From Bacteroidales bacterium (GTDB lineage: Bacteria; Bacteroidota; Bacteroidia; Bacteroidales; UBA3663), in the NCBI GenBank assembly GCA_045629225.1, contig JAZQQU010000095.1, forward strand, positions 8,055-72,054: a stretch of DNA of 64,000 nt, in the 5' to 3' direction. The notes beneath the pieces are model-generated. The model saw only the letters and a program-made list of their open reading frames with translations. It searched no databases and was not told the DNA's origin. The position numbers and the translations under genes were made by a program. Below, piece by piece: positions 29,297 to 41,705 of the stretch; position 1 is the first letter of the stretch; each line of letters begins with the position of its first letter.

Positions 29297-29340
29297 CCGC
29301 GTCCAAACTTTGTTGACAGAGGTTTGGACGCGGTGTTGTG
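29297..29340 (+). terminator. terminator hairpin after the DUF3127 gene
   Basis: 12-bp stem ccgcgtccaaac / gtttggacgcgg with a 13-nt loop and a weak T-rich tail (tgttgtg). Confidence 0.6.
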
Positions 29341-29342
29341 TC

Positions 29343-29602
29343 AATAGCCACGTAGTTAGAAGTATTAAATGACAAATAAATAAGTCCACACTCATTACAA
29401 GCAATTTGTAGCGGGTGTGGACTATTAATTTGTGATTAAGAATTTGCCAGGCCTTTTGCTTCAGCCTCTATACAATTTACAACTCTATGAGGAGTGTTTA
29501 GTGTTAATTCCTGTTGGTTAGTGATTTGCTCGAAATTTGTTTTGCAATAGAACAAAAACTCACTTCAAAACTATGGTACTAAACTTCTAACTCATGGCTA
29601 TT
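29343..29602. repeat. 260-bp AT-rich segment bounded by ~20-bp imperfect inverted repeats (MITE-like or structured-RNA candidate)
   Basis: Left arm aatagcca-cgt-agttagaagt (29343-29363). The reverse complement of the right arm (29583-29602) is aatagcca-tg-agttagaagt. That is 18 matching positions with one indel. Confidence 0.45.
29365..29423 (-). terminator. candidate terminator ~220 nt downstream of recQ
   Basis: On the minus strand: agtccacac-(23 nt)-gtgtggact followed by tatttatttgtcattt. Confidence 0.5.
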
Positions 29603-29640
29603 AAGCGAATGCGAAGCTCCGATTATCACTCAATTGGAAA

Positions 29641-31821
29641 CTAATTGGCTACCTCGGCGATGAATTTGATGCGCACCAGACGGATCTCTTCCTCACTGAA
29701 GACGTCACCAAACTCCTGAATGGCAGCTTCGAGGTCATCGTTTGGCGCTTCCTTGAAGTACTGGAAGAGCTCGTCTATGTCCTCAGTGTCCATCACCTCA
29801 TGCAGGAAGTAGTCAATGTTGATACGTGTGCCACTATAGATGATAGCCTCCAGGTCGTCAAGTAGCTCATTGAATTCCAAATGCAGACCCTCAGCCAATT
29901 CGTCAAGGGCAATCTTGCGATCAATGGCCTTGATTATGTCTAGCTTCTTCTTCGATTTGTTGGCAATGGTGCGGAATCGCAGGTCTTCAGGGCGTTCGAT
30001 GTCGTTCTCCTCACAGTGACGCTTGATCAGGGCACAGAATTCCTCACCATATCGTTTGGCCTTGCCAGCACCCACACCCGGAACGTTCTGAAGCTCTTCG
30101 ATGGTGATAGGGTAGGTTGTGGCCATGGCCTCGAGCGAAGGATCCTGGAAGATGACATAGGGGGGCAATTCCAACTTCTTAGCTACCTTTTTGCGCAGAT
30201 CCTTAAGCATATTGTATAGAGCCTCATCTGCAGCAGCACTGGCACCTGCTCCTTTGATCTCGGTCTCATCCATTTCGTCATCATCATCACATTCCACGAC
30301 GATATGGAAGGGCTTTGGATTGTTGAGGAAGCGTTTACCTGCCGAGGTTACCTTGAGCAGACCATAGCTCTCGATGTCCTTGCTCAAATACTTATCGACC
30401 AAAGCCTGACGGATCACAGCATTCCAGATGACAGCCGGCTGGTCATTACCCGAACCGAAGCACTCCAGCTCGTCATGCTTGTAGCTCACCACCTCGTCGG
30501 TGCGGATGCCCTCAAGCACGGTGACACAGTATTCCTGTTTGAATTTCTCTTTCAGGGCCAGTACTGTTTCGATCACAGCACCCAACAGCTCCTTAGCTTC
30601 AACGCGCTTCTTAGGCTTGCGACAGTTGTCACAGCATCCGCACTCGTCCTCTTTGTAGTCTTCGCCAAAGTAGTGGAGCAGGGCTTTGCGACGGCACATC
30701 GAGGTCTCGGCATAAGCCTGTGTTTCCTTGAGTAATAGCTTGCCAATCTCTTGTTCTGCAATGGGTTTGCCCTGCATGAATTTCTCGAGCTTAAGCAGGT
30801 CCTTTTCGCTGTAGAAGGCAATGCACTCGCCTTCGCCACCATCACGACCGGCACGACCAGTCTCCTGATAGTACCCTTCGAGTGACTTGGGCATGTCGTA
30901 GTGTATGACGTAGCGCACATCGGGTTTGTCGATGCCCATGCCAAAGGCAATGGTGGCTACAATGACGTCGGCATCCTCTCGCAGAAATGCATCCTGGTTC
31001 TTCGAACGCTCGTTGCCCTCCATGCCGGCGTGATAAGGCAGTGCCTTGATTTGGTTGGCCTTGAGCACTTCGGTGAGTTCTTCAACCTTCTTGCGCGAGA
31101 GGCAATAGATAATGCCGCTCTTGCCTGGCTTCTGCTTTATATATTTAATAATGTCACGATCCACGTTGTCGGTCTTCTGCCGTACCTCATAATAGAGGTT
31201 TGGTCGGTTGAACGATGACTTGAAGACTTGGCCCTTGAGTATGCCCAGATTCTTCATGATGTCGTGCTGAACCTTGGGTGTAGCCGTGGCTGTGAGGGCA
31301 ATGAGCGGACGTGCCCCGATCTCGTTGATGATGGGGCGGATGCGACGGTACTCAGGACGGAAGTCATGACCCCATTCAGAAATACAATGAGCTTCATCAA
31401 CGGCGAAGAATGAAATCTTGACAGTGCGCAGGAAGTCAATGTTCTCTTGTTTTGTCAGCGACTCTGGAGCTACGTAGAGCAACTTGCAGTGTCCGTTTAC
31501 GATGTCCTGCTTCACCTGGTCAATGGCCGACTTGGTAAGCGATGAGTTGATAAAATGTGCCACGTTGTCCTCCTCCGAGAAGTTGCGCATGGCATCGACC
31601 TGGTTTTTCATCAAGGCGATGAGCGGAGAGATGACGATGGCTGTGCCCTCCATCAGGAGCGACGGAAGCTGGTAGCAAAGCGATTTGCCACCACCGGTTG
31701 GCATGAGCACGAAGGTGTCGTTGCCATCCATTAGGTTGCGGATGATCTCTTCCTGATTACCTTTGAAGTTATCGAATCCGAAGTGCAGCTTGAGTTGCTG
31801 CAAGAGTGTTTTATCTGCCAT
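29641..31821 (-). CDS. recQ: ATP-dependent DNA helicase RecQ
   Basis: 726 aa. Walker A PTGGGKSLCYQ, DEAH box FAVDEAHCISEWGHDFRPEY, Zn-binding cysteines (CRRKALLHYFGE...CGCCDNC), RQC domain and C-terminal HRDC (LKDLRKKVAKKLELPPYVIFQD). Confidence 0.92.
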   Translation of the reverse strand: MADKTLLQQLKLHFGFDNFKGNQEEIIRNLMDGNDTFVLMPTGGGKSLCYQLPSLLMEGTAIVISPLIALMKNQVDAMRNFSEEDNVAHFINSSLTKSAIDQVKQDIVNGHCKLLYVAPESLTKQENIDFLRTVKISFFAVDEAHCISEWGHDFRPEYRRIRPIINEIGARPLIALTATATPKVQHDIMKNLGILKGQVFKSSFNRPNLYYEVRQKTDNVDRDIIKYIKQKPGKSGIIYCLSRKKVEELTEVLKANQIKALPYHAGMEGNERSKNQDAFLREDADVIVATIAFGMGIDKPDVRYVIHYDMPKSLEGYYQETGRAGRDGGEGECIAFYSEKDLLKLEKFMQGKPIAEQEIGKLLLKETQAYAETSMCRRKALLHYFGEDYKEDECGCCDNCRKPKKRVEAKELLGAVIETVLALKEKFKQEYCVTVLEGIRTDEVVSYKHDELECFGSGNDQPAVIWNAVIRQALVDKYLSKDIESYGLLKVTSAGKRFLNNPKPFHIVVECDDDDEMDETEIKGAGASAAADEALYNMLKDLRKKVAKKLELPPYVIFQDPSLEAMATTYPITIEELQNVPGVGAGKAKRYGEEFCALIKRHCEENDIERPEDLRFRTIANKSKKKLDIIKAIDRKIALDELAEGLHLEFNELLDDLEAIIYSGTRINIDYFLHEVMDTEDIDELFQYFKEAPNDDLEAAIQEFGDVFSEEEIRLVRIKFIAEVAN

Positions 31822-31896
31822 ATTGTTTTATTTCTACGGCAAATATAAACACTATAAATGACACTTCCAAATTTTTGGGCATGTTTTTTCGGAATA

Positions 31897-31936
31897 ATCA
31901 AAAAAAATCCGCAATTTCATGTAGAAGTTGCGGATT
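31897..31936 (-). terminator. rho-independent terminator of the ABC-F gene
   Basis: On the minus strand: aatccgcaa-cttctacatgaa-attgcggatt followed by ttttttt. Confidence 0.75.
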
Positions 31937-31942
31937 TGACTG

Positions 31943-34036
<2,094 letters not shown>

Positions 34037-34044
34037 GGTTTCGG

Positions 34045-36069
34045 TTAGCGTGACATTGCGTTCATTAGCAGTTCCTCATTGCTGTCGGTGTTCTTGATGA
34101 ATTTCTGCAGCATCTCCATAGCCTCGATTGGGGTGTGATCGGAGAGGAACTTGCGCAAAATCCACATGCGGTTCCAGGTGGCCTGGTCAAGCAGCAGGTC
34201 ATCACGACGTGTGCTTGATGCCAGGAGGTCGACAGCTGGGAAGATGCGCTTATTAGCAATTTTGCGGTCGAGTACAAGTTCCATGTTGCCTGTGCCTTTG
34301 AACTCCTCGAAGATCACTTCGTCCATCTTTGAACCCGTCTCGATCAGAGCCGTCGCAATAATAGTGAGCGAACCGCCCTTCTCTATGTTACGTGCTGCAC
34401 CGAAGAAGCGTTTGGGCTTCTGCAGGGCATTGGCCTCCACACCACCTGAAAGCACCTTGCCGCTCGAGGGCGACACAGTATTATATGCACGTGCCAGACG
34501 AGTGATAGAGTCAAGTAGGATCACCACGTCGTGGCCGCATTCGGTCAGTCGCTTGGCCTTCTCGATTACCATGTCGGCTACCTTTACGTGACGGTCGGCT
34601 GGCTCGTCGAAGGTAGAAGCTATCACCTCGGCATTGACCGAACGCTGCATGTCGGTCACCTCCTCAGGGCGCTCGTCAATCAGAAGCACAATCATATAGG
34701 TCTCAGGGTTGTTCTTGCTGATAGCCGTGGCAATCTCTTTGAGCAGTACGGTCTTGCCGGCCTTTGGTGGAGCCACAATCATGGCGCGCTGGCCCTTTCC
34801 GATTGGTGCAAACATGTCGATGATGCGACACGACTCGCTGTCACCAGCACCTGAGGTCAGTTTGAACTTTTCATTTGGGAAGAGTGGGGTGAGGTGCTCG
34901 AAAGGAACGCGGTCGCGCACAAAGTCAATGTCCCGTCCGTTGACGGTATCGATGCGTACCAGAGGATAGTTGTGCTCGCCTTCACGTGGAGGACGGATGG
35001 GACCCTCCACCACGTCGCCCTGCTTCAGGTTGTTCTGTTTGATCTGCTGCTGGCTGACAAAGATATCGTCGGGCGAAGCAAAGTAATTATAGTCGCTCGA
35101 GCGGAGAAATCCGAAGCCGTCGGGCATAATTTCGAGCACACCGCTGCCTGTCAGAACACCCTCAAACTCGTCGCGGGTGGCTGGCTGTACGTCGTTGGTA
35201 TCAGAAGTCTCTTGTGGAGCAGGTGTTTTCGTCTCTATGTTTTTATCTTCGCGAACTGCTTCGTAGTTCGCACGGAAATCCGATTCCTGGCGACGTGCAT
35301 TCTTCTTGGAGTTCTTGCGCTCGTCGCGCTTGAACTTGCGATTGTTGCGCGATCCGCCACCGAAGAGATCCGAGAAGGCATTTTTGTTCTTTTCAATCAA
35401 CTGCAGAGTAGCCTCTTGACTCTGCTGGAAGGATTCGTCAGGATAGGCAGATTCTGTGTTGTCAACATCGGAATTGTCGAAGTATTCCTGTGCATCGAAA
35501 TCTGGCTCGTCGTAGTTGCCATTGTCGAAATTGTTGTCGATGAATGTGTCCTGGCTGTCGTAGGCTGGGTCTTCTGTCTCATCGAACATTGGGCTCTCAG
35601 CCTCGGCAAAGTCTGGGCCTTCTATCGCATCGTAGGTCTCATGCTCAAAGAAAACTGGCTCCACGGGATAATCTTCCTCAGATTCCATATTATCAGGCTG
35701 TAAGAAGTCTTTATCCGGCGTCTCTGTTCCCATGACAATCGGATTCTCCTCAATGTTAGTCTGATGTTTGGGCTTGCGACCACGACGTTTAGCAGGGGCT
35801 GGCTCCTCAGCAGGGACTACCTCTGAGGCTTCGGTCTTCTTAGCTGTAGTCTTACGCGTCTTTTTGGGAGCAGCCTCCGTGACACTATCCGTGCTCGCTA
35901 CTTTTGGTTTGCGTCCACGTTTTTTGGGTTCGTTCGACTTTTCTTTGTCGAGGATCTGCTCAATCAGATGCTCCTTGTTGCTGAAATCTGGTTGTTCGAT
36001 TCCAAGGTCTCGTGACAACTGCACCAGAGACATTGGATCCAAGTTATCCAATTCTTCTACAGAATGCAT
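34045..36069 (-). CDS. rho: transcription termination factor Rho with ~260-aa N-terminal insertion
   Basis: The likely start is ATG 36069 ([10 protein letters not shown]...). The track ORF starts 16 codons earlier. RNA-binding CSD-like [14 protein letters not shown], Walker A APPKAGKT. The inserted region has two K(K/R)RGRKPK motifs and D/E/F/Y-rich low complexity. Confidence 0.92.
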   Translation of the reverse strand: MHSVEELDNLDPMSLVQLSRDLGIEQPDFSNKEHLIEQILDKEKSNEPKKRGRKPKVASTDSVTEAAPKKTRKTTAKKTEASEVVPAEEPAPAKRRGRKPKHQTNIEENPIVMGTETPDKDFLQPDNMESEEDYPVEPVFFEHETYDAIEGPDFAEAESPMFDETEDPAYDSQDTFIDNNFDNGNYDEPDFDAQEYFDNSDVDNTESAYPDESFQQSQEATLQLIEKNKNAFSDLFGGGSRNNRKFKRDERKNSKKNARRQESDFRANYEAVREDKNIETKTPAPQETSDTNDVQPATRDEFEGVLTGSGVLEIMPDGFGFLRSSDYNYFASPDDIFVSQQQIKQNNLKQGDVVEGPIRPPREGEHNYPLVRIDTVNGRDIDFVRDRVPFEHLTPLFPNEKFKLTSGAGDSESCRIIDMFAPIGKGQRAMIVAPPKAGKTVLLKEIATAISKNNPETYMIVLLIDERPEEVTDMQRSVNAEVIASTFDEPADRHVKVADMVIEKAKRLTECGHDVVILLDSITRLARAYNTVSPSSGKVLSGGVEANALQKPKRFFGAARNIEKGGSLTIIATALIETGSKMDEVIFEEFKGTGNMELVLDRKIANKRIFPAVDLLASSTRRDDLLLDQATWNRMWILRKFLSDHTPIEAMEMLQKFIKNTDSNEELLMNAMSR

Positions 36070-36162
36070 AAAAAAAATATGGGGGAAAAAATAAAGAAAA
36101 TCTTGTGAAGAGAGCAATCAGAATACAAAAAAAGAAAGAGTGTGTTAAAACCAATTGCGGTG

Positions 36163-36170
36163 CAAAGATA
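36163..36170 (-). promoter_or_regulatory. -7 promoter box (TATCTTTG on minus strand) for rho
   Basis: caaagata on the plus strand, about 90 nt upstream of ATG 36069. Confidence 0.5.
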
Positions 36171-36242
36171 GGTAAAATAAATGAAACTACCAAATTCTTT
36201 TAGCATTTTTTTGCAATAAAATAGAAAAAGGCGCAAAAACAA

Positions 36243-39200
36243 TTATTTTTTGCGCCTCCATAGGTCATAGAACGACTTAAAGTCCTTGCGTAGAATGAAA
36301 CCTATGCCCTGTGTGGTTAGAGCGTTGTTGATCGAGTAGTCACGTTCGTTGTAGTGGCTGTAGGCTTTGGCACGTACACTTCCGCTGTTGTTGACGAGGA
36401 ACTCTAGGTCGAAGTCTCCGATGAACGTGTTAGAACTGCCTGCGCGCCCCAGACGGTTGGCTGGGTCGCGGTAGCCCACGTTGCCATTGAGCAGCAGGCG
36501 GTCACCAAGCAGACGAGTGGAGAGGCTCAAGTCCATCTCCATGTCAGAGAAGTCGCCGCGGTCGGTCTTGAAGTTGGTGCCCATGGTGAAGTTGTTGCTC
36601 ACATGGCCCAACAATTGGTTGAGCTGCGACGTGATGCTGGCGCTTGCAAATGAGGTGATCTCCGATCCGCTTCGGCCCTGCGACGATTGTGCATACTGTG
36701 GCGTGTAGAACTTCGAGAAGAGCAGCAGATAGAGCACCTCCTGGTTGAGCATCTCCTGTGTGCCTATGACGTTGTGTACGTAGGCCTGTATCTCTTCGCT
36801 CACGTTCTTTACCTCCAGATCGAAGCTGACCTGTGGCGCAGAGAGCTGGCCAGTGACGCTCAGCATGCAATCTACAGGTACAGTGCTGCGGCTCAGCGAA
36901 CCCAGTGTGGTGATGCTCTGGTCCAGATCGGTAAGGTTGACTGAAGGGATGCTATAACGTGCATCGAGCATCAGTTCCGCCTCGCTGGGTACACCACTGA
37001 AGCGTACCTCCGACGTGTTCTGCAACTGGAAGACTTTGTTCATCAGGTCACCCTTCATGCTCATGCCATAGGTGCCTGATGTGATGTTGTAGGTGCCAGC
37101 CAGAGTGATGTCGCGTCGGGTGTCGTATTGTAAGGCCAGGTTGCCTGTGCCTCGGCATACCAGCTTGTCCTCGGCCAGAGGGTCAAGCTGTACGGTCACC
37201 TGACATTGGTCTGTGGCGTTGATTTGCATATCCACCTGTATGTCGGTGGGCCCCTCTTCTTCCTCCTCGTCTTCCTCGCTCGGAGTCTGTGTCAGCTCTT
37301 GCCTGAGATCCATTTCTCCATCTGTGGCGTTGGCCAGAGCCTGTAGTGTTGCCTTGTCGCGGAAGGTGAGGAACGAATAGCCACTGTTGCTGTTCTCGGA
37401 GGTGAAATCCTGTTCGAAGGGGGAGAGGTAGAACCAGGACTTATCCGTTGTGCTGACGTTCAAGTTTAAGCGATGGTGCCCGTCGCCGCCCTTCAGCGTG
37501 GCGTGACCTGCGATGTAGAGTTGTCCCCAGTAGATTCGTCCTGGAGCCTGTTGGCGGTCCATCACCAGAAAGCCTTGTTGTGCCGAAGGCATGTCGAGTT
37601 CCACGTCGTAACCGAACTGGCTCAAGTGGTCATGTGTCACGTGGGCGTCGAGCAGCATGGGATGTCCGTGGCAGTCATCGACGGTGACGTTGTGCAGGGC
37701 CAGCAGATTCTCCTCAAGGTGAACCGTATCGTGCAGGTGGAAGTGTGCGCCAATGATGTCGTGCGTGAACCGTCCCTCCACCATGGGGTCGCCAGCCAGC
37801 TGCAGTCGCTTGCAGTCGCCATAGAGACGCACTTTGCCCGTGGCGTGGCCAGAGAACTGCTGCAGCACGTCGCCCGACCAGTAGTTGATGAAACCGAGGG
37901 GCAGATGATTGGTCTCGAAGTCAAGGTCCAACGAGTCGCGCTCTCCCAGTCGGATGTCTCCATATCCATGGGTGATGTGCTGCTGGTCGGTAGCAATGTA
38001 GCAGTCCACATCGATGCGACTGGTGGGCAGCACGTAGTCCAGATCGAGCCGTGCATCACCCAGCAAAGTGTCGATGTAGCAGAAGTTTTCGATAAGCAGT
38101 CCCTCAGTCTTGAGGTGTGTTTGAGGCTCGCTACTGAGCACAATGTTGCCCGTGGCCTGCCCGTTGAAGTCGAGGTAGCCCTTGTCGAAGATGCTGAACA
38201 CCTGTCCCAGTTCGAAATGGTCCAGTCGCATCAGCAGTCGGTTGTCGCCATTGCTGCCCACCACACCTTCAGCGCTCAGTCCTTGAGTGGCGCTGCGCAG
38301 GTCGAAGTCGCTGAAGGCATAATTGCCCTCTTCTGTTCGTACCATGTGGGCACCAAGTAGTTTCAGTTCCTCATTATTATATATAAAAGTAGTAGGCTGC
38401 AGTGTTACCTCCAGTGGCGACAGATTGACCACACCACGTACCGTACCTGCTAAATCATGGTCGGGGTTCTTCAGGCGCAGGTCGACGGTCGGGAGCAGTT
38501 GTCCATGGTCATTGCTTCTCACTTCGGCCACAGCCTCAGCCTCCTGATGGTTGTCTAGATACACGGTGGGCAGTTCCAACCATGCCTCATGCAGTTGCTG
38601 GTTTTGGTCGAAGGTAGCTTCGAAGCGCGTCATGCTCGAAGCTTGTAAGGGCAATCCCAACAGCGAGTACAGCTCGTTGGCCACAGGCAGGTTCCCCTCG
38701 ATGTGATAGCTGTGGTCATGACGGTCGCGCTGGTATTCCATGCGCAGCATCTGGCTGGTGAGCCTGCCGCGGTCGGTTGTCCCTTCGAACTGTATGGGCT
38801 CCATCGCCAACGACTTGTCACCACGTTGCAGCTTCAGTTGAGTCAGGTCGAGCATACCCTCGGCTTCTGTCCACTGAGGGGCTATGATGTCGGCCTTGAC
38901 GTGCATGCTGAAGGCTATACTGTCAAGCAGTGAGTGCTCAACCAGATGCATGGCCATCGGCTGCAGATGATCCACGCGTCCTTCCACACGATAGCGGTTC
39001 TGGGTGTGTGACAAATCTAGGTCAAAGTCCAGGTCGATGTCACCTAAAGTGTCTGTCATCTGCACCAGACCTTGTATCTGCTTGCCATTCATCTCGCCTT
39101 TCAGCATGATGTCGTGGTAGGTGTGGTGGCGGTAATCCAGGCGTTTCAAGCAGCCCTCCAGTGCCAGTTTGAGGTCTTGTCGTCCCTGTCGCTGCAGGTC

Positions 39201-40379
39201 AAAGTCCATATCCATCGCTACGGTCCCGACCTCGGCTTTGGCTGGCAGCAGGGTTGTAAGGTCAAAGCCCGGTGTGAGGCAATGTCCACGAAGGGTGAGT
39301 TGCTTGTTGTCCGAAAGCATCGACACGTTGCCTTGGGTCGAAACGCTGCCCTTCTCGGTGAGCATCTGGCAGTCGAAGGCCGCGTCAAGAGGTGTACCCT
39401 CCAGATGGGCTGTGACCTGAGTCTTACCCAATTGTTCCACCAGCATCTGTGTTTGTGTAAGGTCGGCCACGATGCAGAGGCTGTCAGTCGGAGCAAGTAT
39501 ATTTTTGATTACAATGCGCCCTTGAGCCTCAGTGTCGCGAAGGTACTGTATGGGGGAGGGTAGAGGTCCTTGTGCCTTGAACTCGTGCAAAAGCAGATCT
39601 ATCTGTTGACCTTTTCCATCTACGTCGGCCTTGCAGGTTAGACGATGGTGGTCTATGCTGAGGCCCTTCAATGCAAAGACGAATGCTTCGTCGTGATGCA
39701 TTGCCTCCAACGGGTTGAGTACCATCTCGAAGCGGTTGGCCTTTATGGCAGTCTTTCCTTCGTTGAGGTGGAGCTTCTTGGCTTGCAGCAGACGGTCATG
39801 CAAATGCAGGTTAGCACTGAAGTCGGTGATGTGGATGTGGTGCTGGTCGAGTGGTTGCGTAGGTTTTTCAGGCTGGTCCTTCACGTCGTAGCTCAGTTTG
39901 CCCATGCGAAGCAGGATGGCATTGAGGTCGAAGTGCTGGATGAATGACTCGCTGTCTGGGTCCTCCGTTTTGAGTGCATCGACAATGAACTGGAAGTTGG
40001 TCTCGCCCTGAAGCGAATCCTTGTTTGCCCTGATGTCAAAGTCGATGAGCTGGCACGTGTTCAGCACCAGATGATGCTGGAGCAGTGGCCACAATTCGTA
40101 GGCCACCAGCACACGACGGGCGTAGAGCAGGGTGTCGTCATGCTGGTCATAGAGCGTCACATGGTTCAGTACCACCTGGTTCAGCCAGTCCACCTGCACG
40201 TCACCATCAAGTGTGATGCGAGTCTGCAGCTTGTCAGCCAGTTCCTCGGTCAACGAGTGCTCCACTACCAGTCCTGCCAGGTTGAAGTGCATTGACACAT
40301 ACAGCACGCCCACACCCATCACCATGATGATGGCAATGGTGTGCAGACTTCGGCGGAATATGGTCAATAGACGCTTCAT
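36243..40379 (-). CDS. tamB: translocation and assembly module protein TamB-like (DUF490 C-terminus)
   Basis: 1378 aa. A single N-terminal TM anchor (IAIIMVMGVGVLYV), a very long beta-rich body, and a C-terminal region typical of the TamB/DUF490 family in Bacteroidetes. Confidence 0.7.
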   Translation of the reverse strand: MKRLLTIFRRSLHTIAIIMVMGVGVLYVSMHFNLAGLVVEHSLTEELADKLQTRITLDGDVQVDWLNQVVLNHVTLYDQHDDTLLYARRVLVAYELWPLLQHHLVLNTCQLIDFDIRANKDSLQGETNFQFIVDALKTEDPDSESFIQHFDLNAILLRMGKLSYDVKDQPEKPTQPLDQHHIHITDFSANLHLHDRLLQAKKLHLNEGKTAIKANRFEMVLNPLEAMHHDEAFVFALKGLSIDHHRLTCKADVDGKGQQIDLLLHEFKAQGPLPSPIQYLRDTEAQGRIVIKNILAPTDSLCIVADLTQTQMLVEQLGKTQVTAHLEGTPLDAAFDCQMLTEKGSVSTQGNVSMLSDNKQLTLRGHCLTPGFDLTTLLPAKAEVGTVAMDMDFDLQRQGRQDLKLALEGCLKRLDYRHHTYHDIMLKGEMNGKQIQGLVQMTDTLGDIDLDFDLDLSHTQNRYRVEGRVDHLQPMAMHLVEHSLLDSIAFSMHVKADIIAPQWTEAEGMLDLTQLKLQRGDKSLAMEPIQFEGTTDRGRLTSQMLRMEYQRDRHDHSYHIEGNLPVANELYSLLGLPLQASSMTRFEATFDQNQQLHEAWLELPTVYLDNHQEAEAVAEVRSNDHGQLLPTVDLRLKNPDHDLAGTVRGVVNLSPLEVTLQPTTFIYNNEELKLLGAHMVRTEEGNYAFSDFDLRSATQGLSAEGVVGSNGDNRLLMRLDHFELGQVFSIFDKGYLDFNGQATGNIVLSSEPQTHLKTEGLLIENFCYIDTLLGDARLDLDYVLPTSRIDVDCYIATDQQHITHGYGDIRLGERDSLDLDFETNHLPLGFINYWSGDVLQQFSGHATGKVRLYGDCKRLQLAGDPMVEGRFTHDIIGAHFHLHDTVHLEENLLALHNVTVDDCHGHPMLLDAHVTHDHLSQFGYDVELDMPSAQQGFLVMDRQQAPGRIYWGQLYIAGHATLKGGDGHHRLNLNVSTTDKSWFYLSPFEQDFTSENSNSGYSFLTFRDKATLQALANATDGEMDLRQELTQTPSEEDEEEEEGPTDIQVDMQINATDQCQVTVQLDPLAEDKLVCRGTGNLALQYDTRRDITLAGTYNITSGTYGMSMKGDLMNKVFQLQNTSEVRFSGVPSEAELMLDARYSIPSVNLTDLDQSITTLGSLSRSTVPVDCMLSVTGQLSAPQVSFDLEVKNVSEEIQAYVHNVIGTQEMLNQEVLYLLLFSKFYTPQYAQSSQGRSGSEITSFASASITSQLNQLLGHVSNNFTMGTNFKTDRGDFSDMEMDLSLSTRLLGDRLLLNGNVGYRDPANRLGRAGSSNTFIGDFDLEFLVNNSGSVRAKAYSHYNERDYSINNALTTQGIGFILRKDFKSFYDLWRRKK

Positions 40380-40434
40380 TTCATTCTTTTCTCAAAAAAC
40401 TCAATTCCCTCTAAATCTTCAAAATCCTCTGTAT

Positions 40435-41547
40435 TTACAACCCATAAATGGCATACTTTGCTCTCAGTTCCCTGAACTTCGTCAGATCCTCCTGCCAGGT
40501 AGCGCGTATCTGCTCCTCGGTCATTCCGGCTTTGAGCTGCTCGTAGAGCTTGTCAGAGCCAGCCAGCTGGTTGAAGAACTTCACGTGAGTGATCCATCCC
40601 CAGCCTTTCTCCTTCTGGTGTTGCAGGTAATATTTCAGGCTGAAGCCCTCGGGTGCAGTCTCTTGTCGCAGGTCATGTGTCCCGAACATCTCGAACGGAT
40701 GGTCAGTGCCTCGTCCCACACTTACGTCGCTGCCCTCGAACAGGCAGAGACTGGGGTAGAGAGCTATGGCGTGATCGTTCTGCAGGTTCTTCGAAGGGCC
40801 GATGGACAGCGAATAGGGATCGCCATGCTTCCAACCCGTGCAGGGTATTACGGTCAAGTGGTCCTGAGGCTCAGGCAACCCGGGTTGCTGCACTTCGTTC
40901 AACCAATCCTCATAGGCCATCATGCGAGCCAGTTCGCCCAGCGTGCAGCCATGCAGCAATGGGACAGGGATGATGCCGACAAAAGAGCTGTACTTCATGT
41001 CCAGCATAGGCCCATCCACCACATCCTTGGGATTGGGACGGTCCATCACAATCACCTCCTTACCCTGTTCGCCACAAGCCTGCATCACGTAGTAGAGCGT
41101 TGAGAGGTAGGTGTAGAAGCGACAGCCCACGTCCTGAATGTCGAACACCACCACGTCCACATCCTTCAGCCACTCGGCTTTGGGCTTCTTGGTGTTGCCA
41201 TACAGGCTGTATATCTGCAGGCCGGTCGTTTCGTCCTTGCTGCTCTTGATATGAGCGCCAGCCTCGGCTGTGCCACGATAGCCATGCTCTGGAGCCATGA
41301 TGCAGCGCACGTCCACGCCTAGCGCCAGCAGAGAGTCGGGAAGGGGGACATAGGCACCATCTGACTGCCTACGTATCACGGCTGTCTGATTCACCACCAG
41401 TCCCACTCGCTTGCCTTCGAGCAGAGGCAGATAAACCTTAGTGAGTTCTGCTCCTGTTTTCACACGATTGGCTACTTGGGCGACCGACGCAGAAGGCACA
41501 GAAAGCAGTATCAGAAGCAGCAAAACCAAAAAAAATCGGAAAATCAT
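40435..41547 (-). CDS. DUF1343 family protein (NamZ-like exo-beta-N-acetylmuramidase)
   Basis: 370 aa with a signal peptide. DUF1343 pattern GLVVNQTAV...MAPEHGYRG...VVVFDIQDVGCRFYTY...VMDRPNP. Confidence 0.75.
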   Translation of the reverse strand: MIFRFFLVLLLLILLSVPSASVAQVANRVKTGAELTKVYLPLLEGKRVGLVVNQTAVIRRQSDGAYVPLPDSLLALGVDVRCIMAPEHGYRGTAEAGAHIKSSKDETTGLQIYSLYGNTKKPKAEWLKDVDVVVFDIQDVGCRFYTYLSTLYYVMQACGEQGKEVIVMDRPNPKDVVDGPMLDMKYSSFVGIIPVPLLHGCTLGELARMMAYEDWLNEVQQPGLPEPQDHLTVIPCTGWKHGDPYSLSIGPSKNLQNDHAIALYPSLCLFEGSDVSVGRGTDHPFEMFGTHDLRQETAPEGFSLKYYLQHQKEKGWGWITHVKFFNQLAGSDKLYEQLKAGMTEEQIRATWQEDLTKFRELRAKYAIYGL

Positions 41548-41582
41548 TGCACAGTTCGTTTTTTATCATTACATTTGCGGCG

Positions 41583-41590
41583 CAAATATA
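41583..41590 (-). promoter_or_regulatory. -7 promoter box (TATATTTG on minus strand) for the DUF1343 gene
   Basis: caaatata on the plus strand, 36 nt upstream of ATG 41547. Confidence 0.5.
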
Positions 41591-41705
41591 CATATTTTTT
41601 ATTAATTATCCAAATACTAAATGTGCATTTTTGTATAACTCATCGATTTTGTGGCCCTAATCGACCACTTTTCACTTTTAGTATTAACTTTTAACTTCTG
41701 CACAG

